From assembly GCA_039804965.1 (NCBI GenBank), contig JBDLVD010000001.1, positions 1 to 61,911 of the forward strand: a DNA stretch of 61,911 bases. The letters run 5' to 3'. The notes under the pieces are model-generated. The model worked only from the letters and a program-made list of their open reading frames with translations. It was not told where the DNA came from and did no database searches. The translations under genes were made by a program, and so were the position numbers. Shown one piece after another: positions 10,367 to 21,015 of this stretch. The stretch's first letter is position 1. Every line of letters starts with the position of its first letter. The DNA comes from Pseudomonadota bacterium. GTDB lineage: Bacteria; Pseudomonadota; Alphaproteobacteria; Sphingomonadales; Sphingomonadaceae.

Positions 10367-11074
10367 ATGAAGAAGCTTTATCCTGATGCTGCCTCTGCTC
10401 TTCATGACCTGCTGCACGACGGGATGCTGATAGCCGCCGGGGGCTTTGGCCTGTGCGGCATCCCCGAACGGCTGCTTGAAGCGATCCGCGACAGCGGCAC
10501 GCGCGATCTGACCTTCGCCAGCAACAACGCCGGTATCGACAATCAGGGCATCGGAATGCTGCTGCGCACACGGCAGGTGAAGAAAATGATCGCCAGCTAC
10601 GTCGGCGAGAACAAGGAATTCGAACGCCAGTTCCTCTCGGGCGAATTGGAGGTCGAATTCAGCCCGCAAGGGACGCTGGCCGAACGCATGCGCGCCGGCG
10701 GGGCGGGCATACCCGGGTTCTACACCCGGACCGGCGTGGGCACTGCCGTGGCAGACGGCAAGGAAACCAAGATCTTCGACGGCGAGGAATACATCCTCGA
10801 ACGCGGCATTTTCGCCGATCTGGCGATCGTGAAGGCGTGGAAGGCGGACGAAACCGGCAACTGCGTGTTCCGCAAGACCGCCCGCAACTTCAACCTTCCT
10901 GCCGCCACCTGCGGCAAGGTCTGCGTGGTGGAGGTGGAAGAAGTGGTTCCCGCCGGCACGCTTGACCCCGACGGCATTCACCTGCCCGGCGTCTACGTCC
11001 AGCGGATGATCGTGGGCGCACCTTACGACAAGCAGATCGAGTTCCGCACGGTGAGGGAGCGCGAAGCAGCATGA
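10367..11074 (+). CDS. scoA: Succinyl-CoA:3-oxoacid CoA-transferase subunit A
   Basis: [43 protein letters not shown]. Confidence 0.96.
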   Translation: MKKLYPDAASALHDLLHDGMLIAAGGFGLCGIPERLLEAIRDSGTRDLTFASNNAGIDNQGIGMLLRTRQVKKMIASYVGENKEFERQFLSGELEVEFSPQGTLAERMRAGGAGIPGFYTRTGVGTAVADGKETKIFDGEEYILERGIFADLAIVKAWKADETGNCVFRKTARNFNLPAATCGKVCVVEVEEVVPAGTLDPDGIHLPGVYVQRMIVGAPYDKQIEFRTVREREAA

Positions 11075-11719
11075 CCACCCATGACGGCCTGCCCAAAGGC
11101 TGGAGCCGCGACCAGATGGCCCAGCGCGCCGCGCAGGAATTGCAGGATGGCTTTTACGTCAACCTTGGCATCGGCATCCCCACACTTGTGGCAAACCACA
11201 TCCCCGCCGGCATGGACGTGACCCTGCAAAGCGAAAACGGCATGCTGGGCATCGGCCCGTTCCCCTATGACGACGAGGTCGACCCCGACCTGATCAACGC
11301 CGGCAAGCAGACGATCAGCGAACTGCCCCGCAGTGCCTATTTTGACAGCGCCGCCAGCTTCGCCATGATCCGCGGCGGGCATATCGACCTGACCGTGCTG
11401 GGCGCGATGGAGGTTTCCGAACAAGGCGACATCGCCAACTGGATGATCCCCGGCAGGCATGGGCGGGGCAATGGACCTCGTCGCCGGGGTAAAGCGCATC
11501 ATTGTGGTGATGGAACACGTCAGCAAGGATGGCGGCCCCAAGTTCCTGCCGCGTTGCGACCTGCCGCTGACAGGCAGGAACGTGGTCGACATGGTCATCA
11601 CCGATCTCGCGGTATTCAGCCGCCCGGACCATGCCAGCCCGTTCCGCCTGATCGAATTGGCGCCCGGCGTGACGGCAGAGGAAGTCGCCGCCAAGACCAC
11701 CGCGCATTACCTGTCCTGA
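11071..11719 (+). pseudogene. scoB: 3-oxoacid CoA-transferase subunit B, frameshifted at about 11455
   Basis: [12 protein letters not shown] (catalytic Glu) and ANWMIPG in one frame; [11 protein letters not shown]...ITDLAVF continues in another frame; the usual K-M-x-K linker is replaced by a single A. Confidence 0.85.
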
Positions 11720-11727
11720 AGGCGGCG

Positions 11728-12411
11728 ATGGCTTATACCCTGATCACCGCCAACCGGAATTATTCCAGCTGGTCGCTGCGCCCGTGGCTGCTGATGACGG
11801 CGCTGGGCATTGCGTTCGAAGACCGGCTGGAACCGTTCACCCAGCCTGACAACCACGCCGAATTCCGCGCCTTCTCACCCAGTGGGCAGGTGCCGGTGCT
11901 GATCGATGGCAAACGCACGGTATGGGATTCGCTCGGCATCACGCTCTATCTGGCGGACCGGCACGCTGACCTATGGCCGCAGGATGAAGCAGCCCGCGCC
12001 TTTGCCCAATGCGTGGTCACAGAAATGCACGGCGGCTTTTCCGCCTTGCGCAACGATTGCACGATGAACGTCGGCGTGCGCGTGGCCCCTCGCCCCATGT
12101 CCGCCGCCTTGCGCCGCAACGTGGAACGAATTGCGGAAATATTCGCCGAAGGACTTGGCCGGTTTGGCGGCCCGTGGCTGGCGGGAGATCGCTTCACCGC
12201 AGCCGATGCCTTCTTCGCCCCCGTCGCCTTCCGCATCCGCACTTACGGGCTGGACGTGGGTGCGGGCCAGCAATGGGTGGACCAAGTCCTCGCTCACCCG
12301 GCAATGGTGGAGTGGGAACGGCAGGCGCTGACCGAACACTGGCGCGAAGAAAGCCACGAAGCCGAACTCGCCGCCGCGGGCACCCTGACTGCCGATTACC
12401 GCCAGCGGTAA
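11728..12411 (+). CDS. Glutathione S-transferase family protein
   Basis: [33 protein letters not shown]; own ATG at 11728. Confidence 0.93.
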   Translation: MAYTLITANRNYSSWSLRPWLLMTALGIAFEDRLEPFTQPDNHAEFRAFSPSGQVPVLIDGKRTVWDSLGITLYLADRHADLWPQDEAARAFAQCVVTEMHGGFSALRNDCTMNVGVRVAPRPMSAALRRNVERIAEIFAEGLGRFGGPWLAGDRFTAADAFFAPVAFRIRTYGLDVGAGQQWVDQVLAHPAMVEWERQALTEHWREESHEAELAAAGTLTADYRQR

Positions 12412-12492
12412 CGCGATTGCCGCTTGAGCGGCGCGCAATTGCCTCTACCCTCGCTCCAAACGCGCCGCAGATGCGCGGATGAGGGAGTTGGC

Positions 12493-13758
12493 ATGAACCT
12501 GAACACGCGGCGCGATGCGCCCAAGCTGGCGCTCGTGGTGCTGATGGCGATCAGCACCATCGGTTTCGTCGATCGCATCGTGCTGAATGTGCTGGCCGTG
12601 CCGATTCAGGCAGAATTTCACCTCAGCGATACCCAGGTCGGCCTGCTCACCGGGCTGGCCTTCTCGGTAATGAACGTGGTGCTGGGCATTTTCGTGGCCC
12701 GCATTGCGGAACGCAAGCGGCGGCTCAGCCTGATCGCCATCGGCACGCTGCTGTGGTCGATTGCCACGGCACTGTGCGGCTTTGTCGGCAACTGGCTGCA
12801 CCTGCTGCTGGCCCGCATCGGCGTGGGTGTGGGGGAGGCAGTGGGCCTGCCGGCAACGCAGAGCGTGGTGGCCGATTACTTCCCGCCGCAGCGCCGCGGC
12901 ACGGCGATGGGCGTACTGCTGCTGGCCCCGCCGCTGGGCGCGCTGATCGGGGCGGCCGGGGGTGCATGGATCGGCCAGATGTATGGCTGGCGCACGGCCT
13001 TCATCGTCTGCGCCGCGCCCGGGGCCGTGCTGGCGCTGATCGCTTGGCTGCTGGTGGCCGAACCGCCGCGCGGCCGGCATGACCCGGACGCGGGCGAGGA
13101 GGTGCCGCCGGTCAAGGCCGTGCTGGCGCGCCTGTTCGGCCTGCACAGTGCGCGGCACCTGCTGATCGGCAGCACCGTGGCCAGCGCGGTGGGCTTTGCG
13201 CTCAACAGCTTCGTGGCCCTGCTGCTGGTGCGAAAATTCGGCTTCACGCTGGTGCAGGCGGGCCTCGTCTCCGGCTTGCTGGCCAGTGCGCCGGGGGCCT
13301 TCAGCGTGGTCGCCGGCGGCGCGCTGGCGGACTGGCTGGGCAAACGCAGCCCGGCTGCCTACGCGCTGGTTCCCGGGCTGTGCCTGCTGATCGCCGCCCC
13401 GCTCTACATCTTTGCCATCACGCGCAACGATGTCACCACGCTGCTCGTGTTCATGACCACCGCGGCGCTGTTCCAGTATACCTACCTCGGCGTTACCTAC
13501 GCCGCTTTCGCCAACCTCATGCACCCGCGGATGCGCGCGACCAGCAGCGCCGTGCTCGGCGCGATCTACGGCCTTGTCGGCCAGGGCATCGGCCCCTTGG
13601 CGCTCGGCCTGCTGAGCGATTGGCTGCTCCGCACGCAAGGGCTGGCAAACGGGCAGGCACTGGCCACCGCGATGGCGATCAGCGCCGCATTCTATCTATG
13701 GGCGGGGATCCATTACGTGATGGCCGGGCGAACCTTGCAGGCCGATCTGGCGGGGTGA
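12493..13758 (+). CDS. Spinster-like MFS transporter
   Basis: About 12 TM helices, GFVDRIVL, motif A-like ARIAERKRR, RIGVGVGEA, DYFPPQRRG; GGGAG RBS before ATG 12493. Confidence 0.88.
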   Translation: MNLNTRRDAPKLALVVLMAISTIGFVDRIVLNVLAVPIQAEFHLSDTQVGLLTGLAFSVMNVVLGIFVARIAERKRRLSLIAIGTLLWSIATALCGFVGNWLHLLLARIGVGVGEAVGLPATQSVVADYFPPQRRGTAMGVLLLAPPLGALIGAAGGAWIGQMYGWRTAFIVCAAPGAVLALIAWLLVAEPPRGRHDPDAGEEVPPVKAVLARLFGLHSARHLLIGSTVASAVGFALNSFVALLLVRKFGFTLVQAGLVSGLLASAPGAFSVVAGGALADWLGKRSPAAYALVPGLCLLIAAPLYIFAITRNDVTTLLVFMTTAALFQYTYLGVTYAAFANLMHPRMRATSSAVLGAIYGLVGQGIGPLALGLLSDWLLRTQGLANGQALATAMAISAAFYLWAGIHYVMAGRTLQADLAG

Positions 13759-13820
13759 CCGGGGCATGGGCGCTGCAAGGCGCACAGATTGCCCAAGCCA
13801 CCAAGCATCTGAACGGCCAC

Positions 13821-13860
13821 AAAAAAGGCCCCGCCGTTGCCGGCGAGGCCTGTTTGTTTT
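13821..13860. terminator. Bidirectional intrinsic terminator
   Basis: AAAAAAGGCCCCGCCG-ttgc-CGGCGAGGCC-TGTTTGTTTT between convergent MFS gene and metK. Confidence 0.85.
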
Positions 13861-13874
13861 GCGGACCGGCGGCC

Positions 13875-15089
13875 TCAGGCCAGCGCGGCCTTCAGATCAT
13901 CCACCAGATCGGTGCGTTCCCACGGGAAGAAATCGCCTTCCGCCTTGCGCCCGAAATGGCCGTAAGCCGCGCTGGGGCGATAGATCGGCTTGTTGAGGCC
14001 GAGGTGGGTGCGGATCGCGCGCGGGGTCAGGCCACCCAGCTTGCCGATCGCCAGAATCGCCTGTTCGATCGCATCATCGCCCACAGTGCCGGTGTCGTGC
14101 GTATCGACATAGAGCGACAGCGGCTTCGACACGCCGATGGCATAGGCCAGCTGGATCGTGCAGCGCGTGGCGAGGCCCGCGGCAACGATGTTCTTGGCCA
14201 GATAGCGGCTGATGTAAGCGGCCGAACGGTCAACCTTGGTCGGATCCTTGCCGCTGAACGCGCCGCCGCCATGCGGGGCCGCGCCGCCGTAAGTGTCGAC
14301 GATGATCTTGCGCCCGGTCAGGCCCGCGTCACCATCCGGCCCGCCGATTTCGAAGCTGCCGGTCGGGTTGATGTGGTATTCGGTTTCGCGCAGCAGCACC
14401 GGCGGGATCACGTCGGCCACGACCTTGCGGACATAGGCGTGCAATTCGGCTTCCTTGTCGCCTTCGTCATACCCGGCTGCGTGCTGGGTGGACACGACCA
14501 CGGCAGTGGCGGCAACCGGCAGGCTGCCTTCATACCGCAGCGTCACCTGGCTCTTGGCATCCGGTTCGAGGAACGGGGCTGCGCCCGAATGGCGATCTGC
14601 GGCCATGCGTTCGAGAATCTTGTGGCTGTAATACAGCGTCGCCGGCATCAGATCGGGCGTTTCATCGGTGGCGTATCCGAACATGATGCCCTGATCGCCA
14701 GCGCCTTCGTCCTTGTTGCTGCCTTCACCGCCGGCATCGACGCCTTGCGCGATGTGGGCGGACTGGCCGTGCAGGCGGTTGATGAATTCGAACTTTTCCC
14801 AGTGGAAGCCGTCCTGTTCATACCCGATTTCGCGCACCGTCTTGCGCACGGTGGCTTCGATTTCTTCCTGCGCGCCAGCGGCCCACTGACCGTTTTCATA
14901 AACGCCCTTGCAGCGGATTTCCCCTGCCAGAACAACCAGCTGGGTGGTGGTCAGCGTTTCGCAGGCGATGCGCGCTTCCGGGTCTTTGGACAGGAACAGA
15001 TCTACGATCGAATCCGAAATCTGGTCTGCCACCTTGTCCGGATGGCCTTCGGAAACGCTTTCGGAAGTGAACAGGTAACTATGACGCAT
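13875..15089 (-). CDS. metK: S-adenosylmethionine synthetase
   Basis: [35 protein letters not shown]. Confidence 0.99.
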   Translation of the reverse strand: MRHSYLFTSESVSEGHPDKVADQISDSIVDLFLSKDPEARIACETLTTTQLVVLAGEIRCKGVYENGQWAAGAQEEIEATVRKTVREIGYEQDGFHWEKFEFINRLHGQSAHIAQGVDAGGEGSNKDEGAGDQGIMFGYATDETPDLMPATLYYSHKILERMAADRHSGAAPFLEPDAKSQVTLRYEGSLPVAATAVVVSTQHAAGYDEGDKEAELHAYVRKVVADVIPPVLLRETEYHINPTGSFEIGGPDGDAGLTGRKIIVDTYGGAAPHGGGAFSGKDPTKVDRSAAYISRYLAKNIVAAGLATRCTIQLAYAIGVSKPLSLYVDTHDTGTVGDDAIEQAILAIGKLGGLTPRAIRTHLGLNKPIYRPSAAYGHFGRKAEGDFFPWERTDLVDDLKAALA

Positions 15090-15131
15090 GATGACTCCGC
15101 CCAAGGTATAGGTAAATTCCGTGACGCCGTC

Positions 15132-16745
15132 CTAACGGCGGCCAAGCCGCAGGGCAACAACTGCACCGATCAAGAAAAGGAATGCCCAGCAAAAGGACAA
15201 TGCGTTGCCCATTTGCGCAAACAGCGTCGGCGGCGCGGCGGCTGGAACCATGCCGTCCAGCCTGCCCGCAACGTGCCGGGAAAGGTATTGACGCACCACG
15301 CCCCGCGCATCGATCACGGCGCTGATGCCGGTGGTGGTGGAACGCAGGACCGGCAGCCCCTCTTCGATCGCACGCATCCGCGCCTGCGCCAGATGCTGCG
15401 GCGGGCCGAAGGTGCCGAACCAGCCATCGTTTGACGGGTTGAAGATGTAATCCGGCCGTTGCGCACCGCGCGCGGCGACCTCACCGGAAAAGACAATTTC
15501 GTAGCAAATCTGCACGCCTGCGCGGCCATAAGGGCCAAGGTTCAGCGTCCGCGGGCCGGGGCCGGGCAGGAAATCGATCGCGCCGGGTACCAAGCGGCTG
15601 ACGCCCAACGGTTCCAGCATCCAGCGCAGCGGCAGATATTCGCCATAAGGCACCAGATGCGCCTTGGAATATCCAGCCCTGATTGCCCCGTCATCGCCAA
15701 TCGCAGTGACAGAATTGTACGCTCCCACCGCATCGCCATCGGCAATCTTCAGATCGACCGCCCCGCTCATCAGCAACGAACCCGGGCCGATCACCCGGCC
15801 AATCCGGCGGCGGGCGAAAGCGGGATCACCCAGCGTGGTCATCTGGTCATAGAAACGCTGCGGGTATCCCGGGCGCAGGTATTCCGACAGTCCCGATTCC
15901 GGCCATAACACCAAGCGCGTGCTGCCCGGATGGCGCGGCTGCGACAAGCGGGCAAGCTTGGCGAAATTGGCCTGCTGATACAGCAGGTCGTTCAACACTT
16001 CCTGCCGCAGATCGGGCTGCACCAGCGTAAAAGGCACAGTACCGCGCCCTGCGGGGCCGGCTGGCAGCAGCATTCCGCCCGCCAGCAGCGCCGCCGCCGC
16101 ACCGGCCGCGAAATAGCGCCGCAGCGACAATGCAACGGCAAAGCAGCCGGCAACAAGCACCGCCAGCCCCGACAACGCGTAAGTGCCGGTCCACGGTGCG
16201 ATGGCGGCGAGGCCGGGCCGGTCGAACGGCCCCAGCAGCAGCATCGCGAACGGGTTCCAAGCATAGCCGGTGAACACCGCCGCGCGCATCAGTTCGCTGA
16301 TCGTCCAGCACCCGGCAAAGGCCAGCACCATTGCCCAGCCGAGGCCGGGCCTGCCACCCCGTCCGGCCAGTGCATGGGCGCCCAGCGCGGCCAGTGCTGG
16401 ATAGACCGCCAGATAGACCGCCAGCAGCGGCACAGCCGCCCAGCCCAGCACGGCGGGCATGTTCGCCTGATAGGTAAAGGCCGTGGCGATCCAGTTGTTG
16501 CCCAGCGTGAAATGCGCCCAGCCGAACAGCCAGCCCAGCATTGCCGCGCGGCGCGGGTCCGCCGCCTGCGCCAACAGTGCCACGAACAGCGCCATGGCCG
16601 CCAGCGCCACCGGCCACAGACCGATCGGCTGGAACCCGGTGGCGGACAGCAATCCAAGCGCCAGCGCGGCAAGGCGCGGCCGGGCCAGCAAAGCGTCCCA
16701 TACCTGCGCCAGACCGGTGCCGGATGTCCCGACCGGTTCAGGCAT
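15132..16745 (-). CDS. lnt: Apolipoprotein N-acyltransferase
   Basis: TM N-terminus, WPES, KAHLVPYGEY, QICYE, SNDGWF. Confidence 0.96.
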   Translation of the reverse strand: MPEPVGTSGTGLAQVWDALLARPRLAALALGLLSATGFQPIGLWPVALAAMALFVALLAQAADPRRAAMLGWLFGWAHFTLGNNWIATAFTYQANMPAVLGWAAVPLLAVYLAVYPALAALGAHALAGRGGRPGLGWAMVLAFAGCWTISELMRAAVFTGYAWNPFAMLLLGPFDRPGLAAIAPWTGTYALSGLAVLVAGCFAVALSLRRYFAAGAAAALLAGGMLLPAGPAGRGTVPFTLVQPDLRQEVLNDLLYQQANFAKLARLSQPRHPGSTRLVLWPESGLSEYLRPGYPQRFYDQMTTLGDPAFARRRIGRVIGPGSLLMSGAVDLKIADGDAVGAYNSVTAIGDDGAIRAGYSKAHLVPYGEYLPLRWMLEPLGVSRLVPGAIDFLPGPGPRTLNLGPYGRAGVQICYEIVFSGEVAARGAQRPDYIFNPSNDGWFGTFGPPQHLAQARMRAIEEGLPVLRSTTTGISAVIDARGVVRQYLSRHVAGRLDGMVPAAAPPTLFAQMGNALSFCWAFLFLIGAVVALRLGRR

Positions 16746-16801
16746 GGGCGATGCGACGAACAGGCATCAGCCGATAAGGCCGGTTGCGAGCCAGTGCCCG
16801 A

Positions 16802-17569
16802 TCAGTTGACGGCTTCCAGCGTTTCGGCATCGCCATCTTCGGCCTTGCGCGGCTTGCGAACGCGGGGCGCGCGCTTGGGCGCCGGGGCATCCTCGCGGGC
16901 GATGGAGGGGGGCAGGATGCCAGCATCGATGCCGCCTTCATTGCCCGCATCGCGCGGCTGGCGATCTTCGTCACGCGGACGATCACGGCCGGAATCGCGG
17001 TTGTCGGCGCGATATTCGCCCCGGTTTCCATCACGATTCCCATCCCGGTTACCGTCACGCTCGCGGCCACGCGGGCGGCGCGGGCGTTCTTCGCGCAGGA
17101 AGGGATTTTCAGCAGCGCCTTCGTCAGCACCGGCTTCGCCCGCTTCGGCAGGGCGGGCGCCGTCACCGGCCTGTTCCTGATCCGCTTCGCGCGCGCGTTC
17201 GCGGCGCGTTTCGTACGGACGGGACCGGATTTCGAATTCGTCTTCTTCTTCGAAGAATTCTTCCGACTGCGGCTCCCGCTCGCCCGGCTGGCGGCGTTGC
17301 TGCTCGTCCTTCTGCACCCGGCTATCAGCCAGCACGCGGAAATAGTGATCCGCGAATTGCAGGTAATATTCCATCTGCACACGGTCGCCGTTCAGCGAAG
17401 CATCGTGCGCCATCTTGCGATACTTTTCGAGCATCTGCGGGGCGTTGCCGCGAGCCCGGCTGTCAATCCGGTTGCCCTGATTGCCGCCACCACCACCGCC
17501 GCCACGGTTGTTGTTGTTGCGGCCACGGCGACGGTTGTTGTTATTGTTGTTGCGATTGTTGATGTTCAA
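16802..17569 (-). CDS. DUF4167-domain protein with long disordered tail
   Basis: IDSRARGNAPQMLEKY..ARD-like segment, DRV..EYYLQFADHYFR; probable TTG start after AGGAAG. Confidence 0.85.
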   Translation of the reverse strand: MNINNRNNNNNNRRRGRNNNNRGGGGGGGNQGNRIDSRARGNAPQMLEKYRKMAHDASLNGDRVQMEYYLQFADHYFRVLADSRVQKDEQQRRQPGEREPQSEEFFEEEDEFEIRSRPYETRRERAREADQEQAGDGARPAEAGEAGADEGAAENPFLREERPRRPRGRERDGNRDGNRDGNRGEYRADNRDSGRDRPRDEDRQPRDAGNEGGIDAGILPPSIAREDAPAPKRAPRVRKPRKAEDGDAETLEAVN

Positions 17570-17783
17570 GGGAATTCGCTTCCTGATCTGGTGACCGGCT
17601 GCCCCGGTCGCATCGCCCCCACGCCACGGCGCAAACATGCCCCCGTGGTTCCCCATTTGCACAAGCCGACGGCTATCACCGTCGCATTACAAGCAAATGA
17701 TGGAGTAAGACCCGGTGCAGGCGCGTCGCCTTGCCCACCGCTGGTCTGCCCTTGAGGTAGCTACTCCCCTGCCCTTTGCCAAG

Positions 17784-18635
17784 CTAATTCGTAACATCCT
17801 GAAATCGAAGTATCAGCGCGCGCGGCCTGCCGCCCAGATCGCGGCATAGGTGCGCGGCAAAGCCGACCCCTTGCGCAATCGCGCTGACCGCTTCGGCCTG
17901 CGTTGCGCCGATTTCCACCACCGCCGCCCCGCCCGGCGCCAGCAGACCCGGCAATTGCGGGATCAGCAGGCGGTAATCGTCCAGCCCGTCCGGCCCGGCG
18001 AACAGCGCACCTGCCGGTTCCCACCCGCGCACCTGCGGATCGAGCAGGGCTGACGTTTCGACATAGGGCGGATTGGCCAGCACCAGATCGAACAGGCCCA
18101 GCCCATCCGCCCAGCCAGCCACGCTCCAGTCCCGTTCCAGCAAACCGGCCCGGTCCGCCAGCCCAAGCCCGGCGGTATTCGCACGGGCAATTGCCAGCGC
18201 TTCGCCGGAACGGTCGATCCCGACCCCCGTTGCCGTGGGCATTTCCGCCAGCACTGTCAGCAGCAAGGTGCCCGGCCCAACCCCGCAATCGAGCACGCGC
18301 CCGTGCGAAGGAACTGTATCCAGCGCGGCAACAACCAGCGTTTCGCTGTCCGCCCGTGGGATCAGCACGCCCGGCGCGACAGCAAATTCACGGCCGAAGA
18401 ATTCCTGCGCCCCGGTAATATAGGCGACCGGTTCGTGCGCCAGCCGCCGTTCCACCAGCGCCGCGAAAGCCCCCGGCGCGGCGGCGCGCATGTGGCGCAG
18501 CAGCAGGTCCGAACGGGTGCAGCCGAGCGCATGGGCCATCAGCAGTTCCGCATCCAGCCGCGCGGTGTCCGTGGCAGCGGCCAGCCGATCGGCAGCGGCG
18601 CGCAGGGCATCAGCCACCGTGGCTGGCCCGGTCAT
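17784..18635 (-). CDS. prmC: Release factor glutamine methyltransferase
   Basis: EPVAYITG, VLIPRADSE, ANPPY; directly downstream of prfA. Confidence 0.96.
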   Translation of the reverse strand: MTGPATVADALRAAADRLAAATDTARLDAELLMAHALGCTRSDLLLRHMRAAAPGAFAALVERRLAHEPVAYITGAQEFFGREFAVAPGVLIPRADSETLVVAALDTVPSHGRVLDCGVGPGTLLLTVLAEMPTATGVGIDRSGEALAIARANTAGLGLADRAGLLERDWSVAGWADGLGLFDLVLANPPYVETSALLDPQVRGWEPAGALFAGPDGLDDYRLLIPQLPGLLAPGGAAVVEIGATQAEAVSAIAQGVGFAAHLCRDLGGRPRALILRFQDVTN

Positions 18636-18636
18636 C

Positions 18637-19707
18637 TCATTCCCCCAGCGCGGCGAGCCGCTTGGCCTGATCTTCCGCCAGCAGCGCATCGACCAGTTCG
18701 CCAAGGCCCGGCCCTTCCAGCACTTCACCCAGCTTGTGCAGCGTCAGGCCGATGCGGTGGTCGGTCACCCGGCCTTGCGGGAAATTGTAGGTGCGGATGC
18801 GTTCGGACCGGTCACCCGATCCCACCATCGCGCGGCGCGCTTCGGCCTGTTCGCCGTGGGCTTCTTCACGCATCTGTTCGTACAGGCGGGCGCGCAGCAC
18901 CTGCATCGCCTTGGCCTTGTTCTTGTGCTGGCTGCGTTCGTCCTGGCAGATGACCACCAGCCCGGTGGGCAGATGGGTGATGCGGACGGCGGAATCGGTG
19001 GTGTTGACGTGCTGCCCGCCCGCGCCGCTGGAACGGTAGATGTCGATCCGCAGATCCTTGTCTTCGATCTGCACGTCCACCTCGGTCGGTTCCGGCAACA
19101 CCGCCACGGTCGCGGCGCTGGTGTGGATGCGCCCGCCGCTTTCGGTGACGGGCACGCGCTGCACGCGGTGGACCCCGCTTTCGAACTTCAGCTTGGCGAA
19201 CACGCCGATGCCGGCAATGTTTGCGACCACTTCCTTGAACCCGCCGACATCGCTGGCAGCCACGCTGATCGGTTCGATGCGCCAGCCCTGTTCGGCGGCA
19301 TAACGTTCGTACATCCGATACAGATCGCCGGCGAACAACGCGGCTTCATCGCCGCCCGTCCCGGCGCGGATTTCCAGCATCGCCGGCCGATCATCCGCCG
19401 AATCGCGCGGCAGCATGGCAATGGCCAGCCGATGTTCGGCCGCGGGCAAATCCACCCGCAGCCGCTCCAGATCTTCTTCCACCAGCGCGCGCATTTCCGG
19501 GTCGCTCTGGTCCATGGCGCGCAGATCGGCCAGTTCGGCGCGCATCCCGCGCACTTCTTCCACCGCCCGCGCCACCGGTTCCAGTTCCGCATAATCGCGG
19601 CTGGCCGCAACGAACTGTTCGCCTTCCAGTTGGCCGGACGCCAGCCGCGCTTCCAGTTCCGCGAACCGGTGCGCGATCTGGGTCAGGCGGCTGTCAGGGA
19701 TGGTCAA
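18637..19707 (-). CDS. prfA: Peptide chain release factor 1
   Basis: PVT anticodon-mimic motif, [16 protein letters not shown]. Confidence 0.99.
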   Translation of the reverse strand: MTIPDSRLTQIAHRFAELEARLASGQLEGEQFVAASRDYAELEPVARAVEEVRGMRAELADLRAMDQSDPEMRALVEEDLERLRVDLPAAEHRLAIAMLPRDSADDRPAMLEIRAGTGGDEAALFAGDLYRMYERYAAEQGWRIEPISVAASDVGGFKEVVANIAGIGVFAKLKFESGVHRVQRVPVTESGGRIHTSAATVAVLPEPTEVDVQIEDKDLRIDIYRSSGAGGQHVNTTDSAVRITHLPTGLVVICQDERSQHKNKAKAMQVLRARLYEQMREEAHGEQAEARRAMVGSGDRSERIRTYNFPQGRVTDHRIGLTLHKLGEVLEGPGLGELVDALLAEDQAKRLAALGE

Positions 19708-20924
19708 GCGAGCGTCCGCAGGAACTGGCTGAGGCGGGCATTTTCATCTCCGCCCGACGCCCCGTAATAACCGGCTTCGTTGACGCGCAGGATCGCTTGC
19801 GGGTTCAGCTTCACGGCCTTGTCGTACCGCTTCTTGGGCGATCCGGTCGCGACCATTTCGGCGGTAATCCCGGCATTGCGCAGGCCGCTCAGCAGCGTGA
19901 TGGCTGCCGCCATGCCCGCATCGTTTTCGACCAGAACCGCGGCTTCCAGCACGTCGCCAGCCCGTTCCCCCACCAGCATCGCCAGCCGTTCGATCCCGGC
20001 GGCCCAGCCGACTGCCGGGGTGGGTGCGCCGCCGAGGCTTTCCATCAGCCCGTCATAACGGCCCCCGCCCAGCACCGTGCCTTGCGCGCCCAGCCGGTCG
20101 GTCACGAATTCGAACGCGGTGTGGCGGTAATAGTCCAGCCCGCGCACCAGCGCCGCGTTGCGGGTGTAAGCCACCCCGGCGGCGTCCAGCCCGCTGGTGA
20201 CGGCGGCGAAAAAGTCCTTTGCCTCCGCGCTCAGGTAATCGTCGATCTTCGGCGCGGCATCGGCGAAGGGGCGGTCGCGCGGATCCTTGCTGTCGAGAAT
20301 CCGCAACGGGTTCTTTTCCAGCCGCTCCTGCGAATCTTCGGACAGGGCCGCCGCATGGGCGCGGAAGTAATCGACCAGCGCCGCACGCCAGGCATCGCGG
20401 CTGGGGGCATCGCCCAGCGTGTTGAGCTGCAGCGTCACGCCATCGGCAATGCCCAGTTCCTTCAGCAACTGATCCGCCATCACCAGCAGTTCGACATCGG
20501 CGTGCGGTTCGGCAGCGCCGATCACTTCGGCGTCGATCTGGTGGAACTGGCGATAACGGCCCTTCTGCGGGCGTTCGTACCGGAACAACGGGCCGTGGGT
20601 CGCCACTTTCAGCGGGGCATATTGCTGCCAGCCGTCGGTGATGAAGGCGCGCGCGATCCCGGCGGTGAATTCGGGCCGCAGGGTCAGCGATTCGTCACCG
20701 CGATCGAGGAAGGAATACATTTCCTTGCTGACCACGTCGGTCGTTTCGCCAAGGCTGCGCGAAAACACCTCGGTCTTTTCGAACACCGGCATTTCTGCGC
20801 GGCGGAAGCGATACAGTTTGCGGACACGTTCGAACGTCTCCACCACGAAGGCGAAGGCTTCTGCCTCGGCGCCGAAAATGTCCTGCGTGCCGCGTACCGG
20901 GCGGGGGGTTTCGATCTTGGCCAT
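19704..20924 (-). CDS. hisS: Histidyl-tRNA synthetase
   Basis: [37 protein letters not shown]. Confidence 0.99.
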   Translation of the reverse strand: MAKIETPRPVRGTQDIFGAEAEAFAFVVETFERVRKLYRFRRAEMPVFEKTEVFSRSLGETTDVVSKEMYSFLDRGDESLTLRPEFTAGIARAFITDGWQQYAPLKVATHGPLFRYERPQKGRYRQFHQIDAEVIGAAEPHADVELLVMADQLLKELGIADGVTLQLNTLGDAPSRDAWRAALVDYFRAHAAALSEDSQERLEKNPLRILDSKDPRDRPFADAAPKIDDYLSAEAKDFFAAVTSGLDAAGVAYTRNAALVRGLDYYRHTAFEFVTDRLGAQGTVLGGGRYDGLMESLGGAPTPAVGWAAGIERLAMLVGERAGDVLEAAVLVENDAGMAAAITLLSGLRNAGITAEMVATGSPKKRYDKAVKLNPQAILRVNEAGYYGASGGDENARLSQFLRTLA

Positions 20925-21015
20925 AGGGCCGGGCGCTTAGCCCGATTGTGGCAAAATCGCAAAAGCCGCGCGGCCCGCCCTTGCGGACAGGGCAACGGCG
21001 CGGCAATCTGGTGTC

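Noticed and set aside
11071-12411. 446-aa CoA-transferase-GST fusion as an evolved bifunctional enzyme
   Set aside because: The middle ~90 aa is out-of-frame scoB sequence and the GST has its own ATG; better explained by a deletion
10063-13850. Shared CGTTGCCG core in hairpins at 10063-10087 and 13827-13850 as a REP-like repeat family
   Set aside because: Both are ordinary terminators with a GCAA tetraloop; the stems differ
15090-15135. SAM riboswitch upstream of metK
   Set aside because: Spacer is only ~40 nt and lacks recognisable SAM-II or SAM-SAH consensus
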